Below are positions 12,841-26,229 of a stretch of DNA of 64,000 nt, piece by piece (the first letter of the stretch is position 1; the number at the start of each line of letters is the position of its first letter). The notes beneath the pieces were generated by a model that was not told the DNA's origin, ran no database searches, and saw nothing but the letters and a program-made list of their open reading frames with translations. The position numbers and the translations under genes are program-made. The stretch spans positions 5,612,693 through 5,676,692 of the forward strand of contig NC_068984.1 in the NCBI RefSeq assembly GCF_001194135.2. Reading direction: 5' to 3'. The DNA is from Octopus bimaculoides. Lineage: Eukaryota.

Positions 12841-13503
12841 AACGGCTGCTGTCACGTGTGGGATGAGTCTACTTGTCGGCCGGGTCTATCGTGGCAATTG
12901 CTTCGCCACCTTCCCTCAACCGGGAAGGCAAGCCAGTCTTCATCGTACTGGTGGCCATGAGTTAAGAATGTGTGTGGTGGACTCGAGCGAAAGGATTAGA
13001 GACAAACACTTACCTCTCTCGTCAATCGCTCATCAACTTATTCAAGTACCACTTGAAAAGGAAGGTGAGAATGGAGAAGAAAGTTTTGTCTCGTGAAAGT
13101 TTCAAGAAAAGGTGGGCGAATGTAGCAAAGATGGTGCGTGCAAATGACGAAACCACTTTGAGCATGATCTTGTAAATCGAGAGAGAGAGAGAGAGAGAGA
13201 GCACTTTGCTCTCATGTGTTTATTCCCTCCCTGCTTGAGGTTACCGTGGTCTTTTCCGTAGGTTTTTCTTTCCACGGATAAACCTAATCTTGCTTTTAAC
13301 ATTTAAAAAATTCTTCTGTGATACACGATCCCTCTTGATCGTTTTTTTTCCCCCCGATCCCTTTTAATCGGAATATAACTTTTTTTTCTTCTCATTTTTC
13401 CCTTTTTCATTTTCGAAAAGAAAAGTTCAATATTTGTGTTTGTCCACTCTGTGTTTAGCCCTGTTTGGCCAATAAAGAAAGTTATCTATCTATCTATTTA
13501 TCT
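12841..13503 (+). mobile_element. 5'-truncated Tx1/L1-clade LINE (ORF2 C-terminus plus 3' UTR)
   Basis: Translates ECVWWTRAKGLETNTYLSRQSLINLFKYHLKRKVRMEKKVLSRESFKKRWANVAKMV. It is homologous to the zinc-knuckle-bearing copy at 56083-56522. AATAAA at 13471 is followed by a (TATC)n tract. Confidence 0.75.
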
Positions 13504-13851
13504 GAATATTATTAACATAGGAAGTCCGAGGATGGCTTAACTGATGGATATTTCGAAGTCACTGTCACAAACATTCCTTCATACGGATAATAAATTTGCA
13601 TTCCACAAAATAATGTAAAATTGTTTTCATTATAGCTAAAAATAAACAAAAATTAACTTATATATTTTTCTATTTAAAGAATTTTTAAGAGGAGATATGC
13701 TACATGTTTTTTTCTACATGTAAAATTTTGTATCTCCTATTAACAAATGAAACACATGTGATGTTGAATAAACAACACTGAAAATTTCATATAGGACAGA
13801 AATGTTGATGCAAACAGGAAAAATAAAATTCAAAATATGAGGATATGTATC

Positions 13852-14001
13852 TTTGTATTAATATTCAGCAGAAATAACAGAGTGACTCAACGCCCGGGAG
13901 TTTCGTGCGTTGGGGTTTGAACAGACTAGTTCGATAAGTGCTAACGTACGAACCCTTGGACCTTGAGTTACTCTGTTATTTCGGCTAAATATTAATAAAA
14001 A
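13852..14001. mobile_element. 150-bp MITE with 39-bp TIRs
   Basis: tttgtattaatattcagcagaaataacagagtgactcaa (13852-13890) is the inverted copy of 13963-14001 with about 4 mismatches. Confidence 0.7.
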
Positions 14002-14006
14002 TATAT

Positions 14007-14345
14007 GAGTGGCTGTGTGGTAACTAGCTTGCTTACCAACAACATGGTTACGGGTTCATTCCCACAGCGTGGCACCTTGGGCAAGTGTCATCTACTATTG
14101 CCTCGGGACGACAAAAGCCTTGAGTGGATTTGGTAGACGGAAACTGAAAGAAGTCCGTCGTATATATGTATATATATGTATGTATGTGTATGTACAGGTT
14201 TGTGTGTCTGTGTTTGTCCCCACCATCGCTTGACAACCGATGGTGGTATGTTTACGCCACCGTAACTTAGCGGTTCAGCAAAAGTGAGTGATAGAATAAG
14301 TACTAGGCTTGCAAAGAATAAGTCTTGGGGTCAATTTGATCGAAG
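14007..14345 (+). mobile_element. tRNA-derived CORE-like SINE (family A)
   Basis: A-box-like TGGCTGTGTGG, B-box-like GGTTCATTCCC, core motif ACCTTGGGCAAGT and an internal (TA/TG)n tract. Matches the copies at 37677 and 44874. Confidence 0.85.
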
Positions 14346-14564
14346 TATATAAGGTAACAGATCGATTCCAAAGTCGAAACAGATTGAGTTGAAAAAGGTA
14401 TTCCAATGTTAGGCAAAAGCGATCGAGAAGTATTCATGTCTAGTTAGGAGATATACGACAATGAAGTAAAGATAGAGTAAAACCAGTGTAAAATTAAATA
14501 TATACTAAACAGTAGATATGTGTTATTAGGATCTGTGTGTTCGGATACATATACGAATTTTCAA

Positions 14565-14633
<69 letters not shown>

Positions 14634-16433
14634 TGTGTGTGTGTGTATGTATGTATATATATGGAAAGAGAATCTTTTCTGATACCAACCTATGTTTGTT
14701 TATTTTGTAATTAACTATCAAGTGTAGTGTAATCGTATATACATTTCAATCATATCAACCCTTGATGCTACTTTCACTACAGAAACTCGTAAAGGTTTGG
14801 TTTGTCGAGAAAAATTAACTGCTTCCTTCTTATCTCGTTGGTAATCTATTAACCATGAATCCAAAATGTTATGGATATTTATTCTATTTCCGTTTATTAA
14901 CGTTTAGAAACTAATCCCATTTTAATATAAATTTCGGATGCTTATACATGATTGAAAGTGGATTAACTGAAACCAAAGATTTCATCAAAATTTAAATTAG
15001 GCAGATTCTAGTCTTACTTGTTATACGACACTTCACTCTGGAAGTATACTTTTGCTACTCTGGGTAATATCAGGAAATATTATATACATGCAATAATTTT
15101 AATTCAACTTTTTCCAAATTTCTTGGTTCTTATATATAATGATGTAACGAATGCTAATTTTCAAAATGAAATTCATAAAATTTAAAAACGAATTCTTCAT
15201 TTTAATATTCGCAATAAATATACTATTCTATTTTCCCAAAACTTTATTCCATCACAAATTACTCCGTGGAAAAACACTGCAAAATTTCCGTAAAAAAATA
15301 TTTTTCCGTAAGGTATGAGACATACATCCTGCGCTTATGTTAAGTGTGTAACAGGTTTAACTACTCACCCGCTTTTTGCTCTACATATGTATGAAAAACA
15401 TAACTGAAGCATCAACTAATAAAACTCTTGATAAAACACTTATATCGGCTAATAAAACAGTTCTAAACACTTATACCGGCTTTTATGAAACAGAGACATT
15501 TTTAAATCCGTAAAATTTTCACGTTACTAATGAATATATTTTCATGTTATAAACTTATAATTGTATAGAATAAAACTTTTACTGGAAATATAAATCCTTA
15601 GATTATATTTAAAATAACCCAATTCTAAATTAATAATTCTGATATTTCATATTTCCGGTTCGAATATTATCGGCAAATCCCATTCGTCTTAAACATTTCA
15701 CAAGAGGATAAGAAGCAACTGTAGAACATCTCTTAAATTTCTGCTAATAATTACACTACCCATGTAAAGCATATGAAACAGAATCCCACGCTGCCCATCC
15801 CTACTGGTTATATTACATTTCTATAAGACATTTCCACCCCATCCGTTACAGTAAACTCTTACGGGTCCTGTCCTCTCTCTCTCTCTCTCTCTTATATATA
15901 TATATATATNNNNNNNNNNNNNNNNNNNNNNNNNNNNNNNNNNNNNNNNNNNNNNTTTCAATTAATTACAAAACTAATCTCCTTCTAAGTACGACCCTCT
16001 GACTTCAATACACGTTTTGTGGAGCTGTAGCTTCAATGGGGCTTTCACAAAGCCCCATTGAAGTTCTCCCGAGCGTCCCAGATTCTTGTAACCACCTCTT
16101 CAACTTCAAAACGACTGCCCCTAAGGTTCTACTTTAGATTGCGGACCAACCAAAGTAACAAGGAGAAAGATCTGGACTGTAGTGAGGGTGAGGGATAGTT
16201 TTAACGTCCATCACTGTCAGGACTTTCGTCAGAGGTCACCAGAGACTCCAGTACTCTTTGATTGGAAGTAATGAGCTCAATCTTTTCTCTGCCGTCACAA
16301 ACGCGTCTTTCGTTTTGGTCGTCACTGAACATCCCGGAAACAGGCTCCACACAAATCCTGCATATTCAGATCTTCACGAATAAGTCTGGGTACATTTGCC
16401 GCAGCAACTTCAGTGTTTATTGTCTTTATAGAC

Positions 16434-16616
16434 CAGTGATCCCCAACATGGAGTCTGCGGATCCCTGGCGGTCCATCAAGAACTGGGAGTCTGAGAACTA
16501 AATAAATAAATAANNNNNNNNNNNNNNNNNNNNNNNNNNNNNNNNNNNNNNNNNNNNNNNNNNNNNNNNNNNNNNNNNNNNNNNNNNNNNNNNNNNNNNN
16601 NNNNNNNNNNNNNNNN

Positions 16617-16653
<37 letters not shown>

Positions 16654-16710
16654 CATAATAAAAGGGGCCCGTGAGAAAACTCATCTAAGTAAAAGGGTTG
16701 CGAACCACTT
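16434..16710. mobile_element. hAT-type MITE spanning an N gap
   Basis: Starts CAGTGATCCCCAAC and ends GTTGCGAACCACTT. Perfect 8-bp TSD ttatagac at 16426-16433 and 16711-16718. Confidence 0.8.
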
Positions 16711-16937
16711 TTATAGACACACGATAATCTTCATCCGGAATATTGACAATTTTCTCTACCAGCTTTGTTATGATGCTCCTCTCACTCTCATAGCTGTCAT
16801 CATTTTTCACCTCCTCAGTACCGTCCTTGCATCTCTTGTGCCAGCGAAACACATGTTCGGCTCATATAAGATAATCTATAAGCAGCCCGAGTCATTTCAC
16901 AAGTGTTTTGTAGCGTTTTCGTCCAGTTTAACGCATA

Positions 16938-18240
16938 CAAGGTGGTATCAAAAGGTTCCAGGATTAGGATTAGTTCTGTAGTACGCCAACAGATTACAGC
17001 ACATGGTTGCGTGCGGTGTGAGAGCTACCAGTGCACACTTCATGAGGAAGTGTGCGGAGTGACTTCGCAAATTGTGAAATTTATGTTTGTGACCATGTGT
17101 ATGCTGTAATCTGCAATTTTGTCATGGACAGGAAGTTGGAGCAAAGAGCCAACATGAAATTTTGCGTTCAACTTAGAAAGTCTGCTACAGAGATATTGAG
17201 TATGCTTCGGAAAGTTTACGGCGACGCGGCAATGGGTTGCACGTAATTTTTCAAGTGGCACGGGCAATTAAAAAGCGAAAGAACGTCCCTCGAAGACGAT
17301 GAGCGATTTGGAAGACCTACCACGAGTGCCACCCCGCGGAAATGTGGAGAAACTCCATCAGCTTGTGTATGAGGATCGTCGAAGGAGAACCAGCGACATT
17401 TATGATGTTGTTGATCTGTCGTATGGGTCCGTGCCGGTAATCTTAACGACTGAATTGAACATGCAGCTTGTCTCTACCAAGTTTGTCCCCTTCCTGCTAA
17501 CCACTGAGCAGAAAGATCATCAGGTCGAAGGCTATCAAGGTCTCTGTCAGCTGATGACCCATCGTTCATGTCTTGTATCATCACAGGTGACGAGAGTTGG
17601 GTCTACAGGTATGGCCCTGAGATGAAGCAGCAGTCGTCACCATGGAAGAGCCCTTCAACTCCACGACCAAAGAAGGCACGACAGAGCCGCAGCTCAATCA
17701 AGAGCATGCTCATCGTTTTCTCTAATATCCACGATGTTGCATCGAGGATTCGGTCCCCCAGGGCCAGACTGTCAATCGAAGGTTCCGTTGCGACGTTTTG
17801 AAGCAGTTGATGGAGGACATTCGGCAAAAGAGACCGGATCTGTGAAGCACGAAGAATTGGGTTCTTCACAATGGCATTGCACCCTGTCACCGAGCTCTCC
17901 TCACTTGTGAGTTCTTCGCCAAGAACCAACATGGTATCGATTTCGCACCCGCCTTATTCGCTAGATTTAGCACCTGCAGACTTCCATCTCTTCGCTAAGA
18001 TGAAATGGTAGACTAAAGGTCACCGTTTTAACACCGTTATCGAGAACCAGATCGAATCGCAGGTTTTCGACTCACTAACAGAAAGCAACTTCCAAATTGA
18101 ATCCGAAAAGTGGCAGGAACGCCGGAACTTGTGTTTTGTTGCGCAAGGTGACTATTTCCAAAGAGATGACGCTAAAACTTAGGTAAATATGTTATTTTTT
18201 ATTAAACATAACTAATGCGGGTACCTTTGGTCTCACCCCG
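16938..18240 (+). mobile_element. Full-length-size mariner element with pseudogenised DD34D transposase
   Basis: TA at both flanks, degenerate TIRs, about 1.3 kb. Remnants: MDRKLEQRANMKFCVQLRKSATE (ATG 17124), IITGDESWVY, WVLHNGIAPCH and HPPYSLDLAPADFHLF, with stops and frameshifts. Confidence 0.92.
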
Positions 18241-18444
18241 TAATGAGCTCCCAATTTTTTCTTCACGTTCTGAAAACTGGTCAGTCGTGACAAACAGAAC
18301 TTCGTTGGGTATGTCCAAAGTGCTGTAACAACCATCTCCTTCAATCTGGCATTGCAAGTGTTGGTAGGTCAGCTTATTAGATGTAGACGACATACTAAAA
18401 TTACAATGATCTACGACAGTTATAGTGTTCTCTTCTGGAATGCA

Positions 18445-18446
<2 letters not shown>

Positions 18447-18493
<47 letters not shown>

Positions 18494-18557
18494 CTCTCTT
18501 TCTCTCTCTCTCTCTTTCTTTCTTTCTATCTCTCTCTCTTTCTCTCTCTCTCTCTCT

Positions 18558-18591
<34 letters not shown>

Positions 18592-18607
18592 TTCTTTCTC
18601 TCTCTCC

Positions 18608-18658
<51 letters not shown>
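18447..18658. repeat. Compound (CT)n/(CTTT)n polypyrimidine microsatellite
   Basis: About 210 bp of almost pure C/T. Confidence 0.95.
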
Positions 18659-19286
18659 ACACTAATTGCAGCGGTCCTTCAGTTTTTCTATGCACTGTAA
18701 AAGAACTCGTAAGTTTGAGCCTCCAAATAGACTTTTCCCGATACCCTTAAAACCAGGAACTTTTCAGCACCTCCCTCTGTGTGTGTGTGATTATATATAT
18801 ATATATGTTTTATTGATCTGTTCGGTCTTACTTTACATCGTAAAGAGGCATACAGAGAGAGTGAACATAAGAAGTGTAGGATGAGTACTTATACGAAGCT
18901 TGGTGTCGAGTAGAGGAAAAAACAAACGCTACACACAAACACATACACACCCAGTGTGAGAGAAAGAATCGTAGGGAGGAGGAGGTGTAAATGAATGAGT
19001 ATTTATGGGAGGAGTTATAGAAACGAGAATGCTATTTTGTCTAATGTAATTTTAAGGAAATAAATACTTTTTTTTAAAAATTAGTATTTTATTTCATCGC
19101 TTTCTATAGGCACCAAGAAATTCGATAAAAGTTAAGCTATAATTAATGTACGTATGTCGTATTTTCTGATATTACCCATCAGGGCTAGTATAGTTACTAA
19201 CGTCCCCGTCTTATAACGGATACTACTCTAGTGTGTGTGTGTGTGTATACACACTTTAGTACGTTAGATGTGTGTGAGCGCGAGCG

Positions 19287-19365
<79 letters not shown>

Positions 19366-22300
19366 GTTGAAGAAGTCTTTATTGGCGAAACTACAATTAC
19401 AACCAATGTCTTCTTAAATATTTCCCAATGTTTCACATACTGACTATTATTTGGAGTTTGTTTTCTATTAAAATAAAACCATCAGATATAGACACATGAG
19501 ATTATGCAGGTCTGGATAGTTGCATAAGCCTTTATACATATGTGTATAGGTACATATCTGTTTGTGTATGTATGTATGTGTGTATGTATGTATGTATGCA
19601 TGTATGTTGCCCTGAAACACCGCACCGATCCTTAGAACCATATTCAGTTTAAACTGGAGAATTGCATAGAATCAAAACAATTTAGTCTAACTTTCGACTG
19701 TTTAGAGCGCTTTTCTTCTTCGCAACGTGGGTTGGTTTAATATTCTTGTCGACTGTAGTCCGTGTTTTGGAATGTGTTCATTTGTAACGCGGGTTGGCTT
19801 GATATTCTGTTCGGTTGTGTGCTTCGTGTTTGGAGCGTGTTTCCTGTAGTGTAAGCTAATTCTATAATATAGAATCCATATCATCCGTTTTGGTCCTTGT
19901 GCGAGTTGGGTTTTTAAGTGTGACCAAGTTACTCTATATTATTTCGTAAAAAGTTTCCCATTTTAGATTTCCTTATCCAGCTGCCGGTATACGTATGTGT
20001 CATATCTATTTTGATATCTCTTCACACCTTTTAATAATTCTACGCTGCTCTATTACTACGTATCGTGGTATTGCGTGAGGGGTTAATTTTTCTGTAAAGA
20101 CAACTATTTTAGGCTCTGACCGTTTGGCCCAATCCATTTCAGAATAACTCGTTTATATTATTCTGACGTATTAGGACATGATAAGAACCTGCCCTTCTCT
20201 GTGATTCTGTTTGGTTAAACCTCATAGACGAATTCATTTGGTGTTTGTTTATTTTTCGATAATAAAGATTTTTCTGAATCTCCTTCCCATAATGTCCCGT
20301 ACAACAATAGGTCTTGAATATTTATAACACTTTCATTAATATGCCTTCTTGTACACTGGAAATTTAAAAACCTTTCAAATCGTGACTAGTTGCTATTTTC
20401 CTCAATAACATAGACAGATAGACAGTGGTTTGGGTGTTGAATAAACAAACATGTAATAAAATTAACATAAAAATTAACACCAGGATAGTTCCCTTTCGAT
20501 TATGGGAACAATGCCATTGGCAAACATCTGAAGAATTATTTCTGTTAATAAATATTTTTGAGATTAAAACAGAATATTCTTTCACAACACGCAGTCTCTT
20601 TGAAAAGAAAAACTGTCACACGAATCGCTTTCCAAAACTAAGGTTTCATTTTATTTTATTTAACTTTTATTTTCGTTATTCACGTCGAGTTCTTTGTAAC
20701 AGTTCCTTCCGTTTTAGTTGCCACAGCCAATTTCCACATTTCTACAGATTAATCGCTTTAGTTATATTTATGTCTGATTATCTTGATTTTGTTAAAAGAA
20801 AATTTTACTGAAGGTATTCAAAGCCTCGTGCTTTGCCTTAGACTATTATGTAACCGAAAGTCACTTTGAGTTCAATTACATCGGTGAAACTATATTATGC
20901 CATATTTTCCAGCTGAACAATTACAAGACCAGACAAACGCTTAACGGCACTTCACCCGTCTATAAGTTCTGAGTTCAAATTCCGCCGAGGTTGACTTTGC
21001 CTCTCATTCATTTGGTCGAAAAAATAAGTACTGTCCGAATGCTAGGGTCGATGTGATCGATTATTCCCCTCCCCCAAAAACAACTGCTTGTTCCATTCCA
21101 AAATTTGAGACCATTATTTTTGTGGCAAACTCGCAGAAACGTTTGTCAGACAAATTTCTATGTATTTCTTCTGGATCTTTTCTTCCTGAGTTCAAATTCC
21201 TTTGAGATTAACTTTTCATTCTTTCGGGATCGAAAGTAGGAGTCAAAAGGCTAACCGAAATATTTGAAATCGGAGCAGTTTCTTTGTTATTAGATAGCCA
21301 CAGTGCGAAGCCACTATTAAAATAGGAACTTGCCAATCCATCGGCTGGTAGCCTAATTGCCGAATCAATTCAACCCAAAAGCAGTTCACCGATTAAATAT
21401 TTTTTAATTAGGTTTTTGTACATTTTAGAACTGAAATACGAAATGTATATGATTTGCGAATGTAAATACTTTTACCCATGAACTTACCATAACTTCATTT
21501 ATTTTCATCATAGCTCCTAGCATTTCTTTTGTGTGTTTGTGTGCGTTTTTCCTCTGGGTTCACTTCTCACCGAGGTCATTTTTGCCTTTCATCTCTAGAG
21601 GTCAATAAAATGAAGAAGCTAATCAACCATTAATTATTTTGATCTAATCACTGCTTTCCTACAACGGTTCAATAACAATGAAATCATGTCACGATATTTG
21701 TTTTGTTTTGTACTTCAGAAGGAAACTGTCATATTTTAAACGTGATAAATCATACTCCACCGCTATTTGCGAGCGATGAATAATTGATTGTAACAATTCG
21801 TGTTCTCAGCAAACTAAACTTTTTTTCTCTACATCCCTAGCTAAATGCTGTATATTCCTTCAACCACGACATATTCTCCATTTCCAAGTGAATTCATTAA
21901 AACGGTCTTTGAAGGTGCGATTCCATTGGCATCTTTGTGATCTTCATGAAAATGCAAAAAGCGTTGAATATCTTACAGAGTCCATCATCATTATCAGGAA
22001 ATTTCCACCACCAAATCTCAAAGAGAATATGTCGCAATTATTTTCTTTTCTCCCTAACGTACTAGCGCTGTACATGCATTGGTGGATAACTCGGATTTAA
22101 ATACCTCAAATATTTACCATTATATTTCAGATCAAATTGCGCTGTGGTCCAGCATAGCCACAGCCTTTGGGCTGAAACGCATAAACGAATGAAAGAATAC
22201 GTGTATTTCCTTATTTTATGGAAATTTTGATTCTTCATGTTAATTAAGCTCACTGGTTTTGATAGTCACCATTCTTTTACTTGTTTCATTTGCTGGACTG

Positions 22301-25300
22301 CGACAATGCTGTAGTACCATTTTTGATCGGTATAAATACCCACAAAACCTTCCCATCAGCAGGAAACGTCCAGAGAGTGATGGTGAAGGTCTCTGTCTCA
22401 AAGAGTAAAGAAGAATTTTAAGACAGTACATACACCTTTGAGTATAATCTGATATAACCCAGACAACGGCGTCAAAACATACAGATGAACCAAGTTATCA
22501 AAAGTGAAGGGAATAGCGTTCTGTGAGTCGGTTGGGTATTTTTCAATGAATGCTCATTTCTCAATAACGCCACCCCACCCTAACTACTAAAAGTACAAAG
22601 ACAAATATACCCCAGCAACTGAAAAGAAACATTCTGCATTTCAAAATGTTACGCATGGATATGACTGCTGTAGTCTTCAGTGATGCCAATATTGGATTTA
22701 AATTTTGGCACATGGCCAGCAATTTTGGAGGAGGGAGTCGATCGATGGAATCAAATGACACTTATGTTATAGACCCCTGCCACCGTTTGCCAGAATCTGA
22801 ACTCAGAATGCAAAAACGGACGAAACACCACTAAGCATATTTTTCAGCGTGTTAACGCTTCTGCCAGCTCGCTGCCATTTGGGTGATGCTAATATTAACA
22901 GGAAGAAGGGCTGACAGAATCGCTAGTGCGCCGGACAAAATGATGAACGGTATTGGGTCCATCTTTCCGTTTTGACTTCAAATTACGCCGGGGTCGGCTT
23001 TGCCTTTTCATCCTTTCGGAGTCGATAAAAATAAGTACCAGTGGAGTACTGGGTTCGATGTAATCGACTTGCACCTCCCCACCACCCCAATCACTGGCCT
23101 AGTGTCAAAAAGGGGAAGCCTTTCTTCGAATCGCAGTTGTTATATTTCAAAGATTATTCTTTGTGAAGCTAAGAGCAGGAAATGGGTACAAAATTCCAGA
23201 TGAACAAAAGGGGCAAAGACGGTTATAGAAACCCCAAATTATTAAAAAGAATATGTCGATTATGTTACCATTCAGTGGAATATATTATTCTCTGAGGCTG
23301 CACCAAAATATAGTCAAGGTTTTTACATACTGTTGTATTATGATGTTGCTAAAACATGCAACGCCATCGCTAAGAATGACTGCCCATAGATGAAGATCCA
23401 GACAATCCCGTTAGGAGTATATACATAGGCGCAAGCGTGTCGGTGTGGCAGGTAACTTGCTTCCCATCCACATGATTCTGGGTTTAATCCCATTGCATGC
23501 CACTACATAATTAATGTGAGTGAATATGGTAGACGGAAAGAAGCTTGTCGTTTGTGTGTGTGTGTGTGCGTGTGCGTGCGTGTGTGTGTGTGTGTGTGGG
23601 TGTGTGTGTGTGTGTGTGTTTTCACGCTTTCGAAAAGATTCCCTGTGCGAAATTTCACTCAGAAAGCATGTCTCAATAGTAAAAAAAGTTCAAGAGAGCT
23701 TTAATGGCATAAGGTCTTCACAGACGAACCCCCTCTCAGGTAAATGTTTTGGCCCTTACCTTCTTACATTCTTAGGGGATCGGGTCATATCTAGGTCATA
23801 ACTTCTGGGTGCTCTTATGCCGACACTTTTTAGCCACTTGGATATCGGAGACTTGTAAATTTAAACAGCTCGAAGATTTCATGTAGTTTGAACTACTCTC
23901 CGTTGGGTCAGCTTCGAAACTTGTACTTAACAAAGAAATAATGTTGATTGTCATGGAAGTGGTGAAACGCAAATACCATCATGATAACTCATCCAGAGTT
24001 ACTTTCCTTAAGGTTAAAATACAAAAAATATTGCCTTCGACCGGAATGGAGGTAGTTGCTGTTCCCCGCGATCAGTTCCAACGCAAAATGCTACGCAGTG
24101 GAACTGAACCAGAGGTAAAAAAGCTGCAAAGTGAACTTCACGATCGATCTGCTAGAAACAGTGTTGAAAACCCTATCACAACTTCTCTTTCTCTCTTTCT
24201 CCTTCTCTCTCTCTCACTCTCTCTTTCAGTCTCGCCCCCTCCATTTGATGCTTAAAATACAAGAACATTAGAAGAAGGTAGTCCTATATACTCCCTTAAA
24301 ACGAGGTGGTCACGACTGGAATTCTTTCATCATAAATCTACTCTATTAGTTAACCTTGAGCTAGACGAGAACAATATCAACAGCACACGATATCGATAGT
24401 AAAACTGCATTTCCTTGTTAATATCTGCATCGCTATTGACACGGCCACCCACCCTGACAATTATACTCGTGTTTCTACCTCAGGGTATCTCACTAATTAA
24501 TATAATTACAAAATCATTTCGTTGCTTTAGAAAAACAATTGAAACTGCTTAACAAATAAAGCTATCTCTTCACCATTTGTTTTGATTTTAAATATTCCTA
24601 TTCTATTTCTTTCAACGAGTTTAATTTGCGTTTCATTTCCTTTATCTCAGTGCTCCCTTTCTAGTTCTCCATATATCAAATATGAATCTGTTTTTCTCGG
24701 AAGGAGGCTGGTCTCATATGTAATGATTAATTCATTCTCTGAGGCGTTACAAACTGAAATTAAATCTACCACATGTCGAAATATGATGATATATATAATT
24801 ATACGAGAAGAAAGCCTAATTATTAACGTGCAACATTCGCTAAGAATCGGAATCCGAACGAAGAAACTTGAAGACGGCAGCTTATTAGTTTTTCTTCCAT
24901 TCTGATATTCAATCCAATCTCAGTTGTACACACAAACTCCTGGGGCCGTTTATTACACACACATATTGTGTGTGTGTGTGTTTGTGTGCGCAAATAAAGT
25001 ATAATATAATATAATGTAAAAGTAATAGTTCCTGTATATAGAGATGTAGAATTACAAACTTCCGTCTGTCTGTCCCATTCATATATATATATATATATAT
25101 ATCCTTTAATAAACACATGATTTAAATGTGAGCTACTGAATGTTCCCTACTCAAATAGGTATAGTAATGAGAATGGCGTGTAATAGTGTGCTATGTACTA
25201 TCCTACGATACTTGAGGCAGAAAGACCTGTTTATTTTTCAGCCTGAAGCTTTTAATTTTTGTGCATGAAATGTTTAATAGTTCACATTTAATTTCTGTGT

Positions 25301-26229
25301 TTATTAAATGATATTTGGTTTTTGGATTGATTGAATGTGTTTATTGCTTCAGAATAGGATAATATATCATTTCACTCATCATTTACTTGTTTCAGTCATT
25401 AGAGTACAGCCATATTGAGGCAGCTCCTTGAAGGATTTTAGTCGAAAGAATCATCGATTCAAGATAATCTTTTAAAGCCTTGTACTTAATCTGTCGGTCT
25501 ATTTCATTCAATGCAGAACGTGTCTCTTCTGGAAGTCCTTAGACTGCGTTTGCTACGATGTAACCCTCATCGATGCTCCATATATTTTCCATTACAGCAA
25601 TTGAGCTGGAATAAATGGAAATTACCAGGAAATAGTCATGCAATAATTATAATTTGACTTTTAGCAAATTTCTTGGTGCTTATACAAAGTGATGAAATGA
25701 ATAATACTTTTTTTTACAGAAAAAGATTTGTTGCCTTAAAATATTACATTCAATACGACAAAATTAAATATAGTAAATTTCTCATTTGCATATTTGCAAT
25801 AATTGTTACTTTTTTTCCCAAATTTCATCAACATAATCGCAATCTACACAATCAAAAATCTATCACGGCTAAATTTCATTAAAAGAAGAATGTGGCCTTG
25901 TGTCTATAATAGAAAAGAATAAAGGTAGAAGAGATGAATGTATGAGTGAGCGAGTTTAAGTGTACATAAAACTTTCGAAGTCACTGTCAAGATATGAGAA
26001 GCTCAACCTCTACCTCATGTTCACTTTAACTCCCTCTGATTCTCTCTCTTGCCTTTTCTCTATTCGAAGTGAAGCATGATTGGAGAAATCAATCAATCAA
26101 CCAACATTTAATGCGGTTATTATTTGGGATTTTTTGAAAGATGTTGACAGTGACTTCGAAAGTTTTATGTATATGCGCACTTATTATCACTCACTTACTC
26201 ACTCACTCATCTCTTCTACCTTTATTGTT

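Larger units (their letters stand above)
15956..18432 (-). mobile_element. Decayed mariner element (host of two later insertions)
   Basis: Minus-strand remnants in order: CVKL...VFRWHKRCKDG (HTH), IREDLNM, LVTSDES (first catalytic D), an internal deletion, then TIPHPHYSPDLSP. It is interrupted at 16434-16710 and 16938-18240. Confidence 0.75.

Noticed and set aside
17052-17801. Active or domesticated (SETMAR-like) transposase
   Set aside because: Multiple stops and frameshifts, altered catalytic-region motifs and no SET domain.
18352-18750. 132-aa and 91-aa Leu/Ser-rich ORFs
   Set aside because: They are translations of a (CT)n microsatellite. The YI-, CV- and HT-repeat ORFs and the X-filled ORFs spanning N gaps are artefacts of the same kind.
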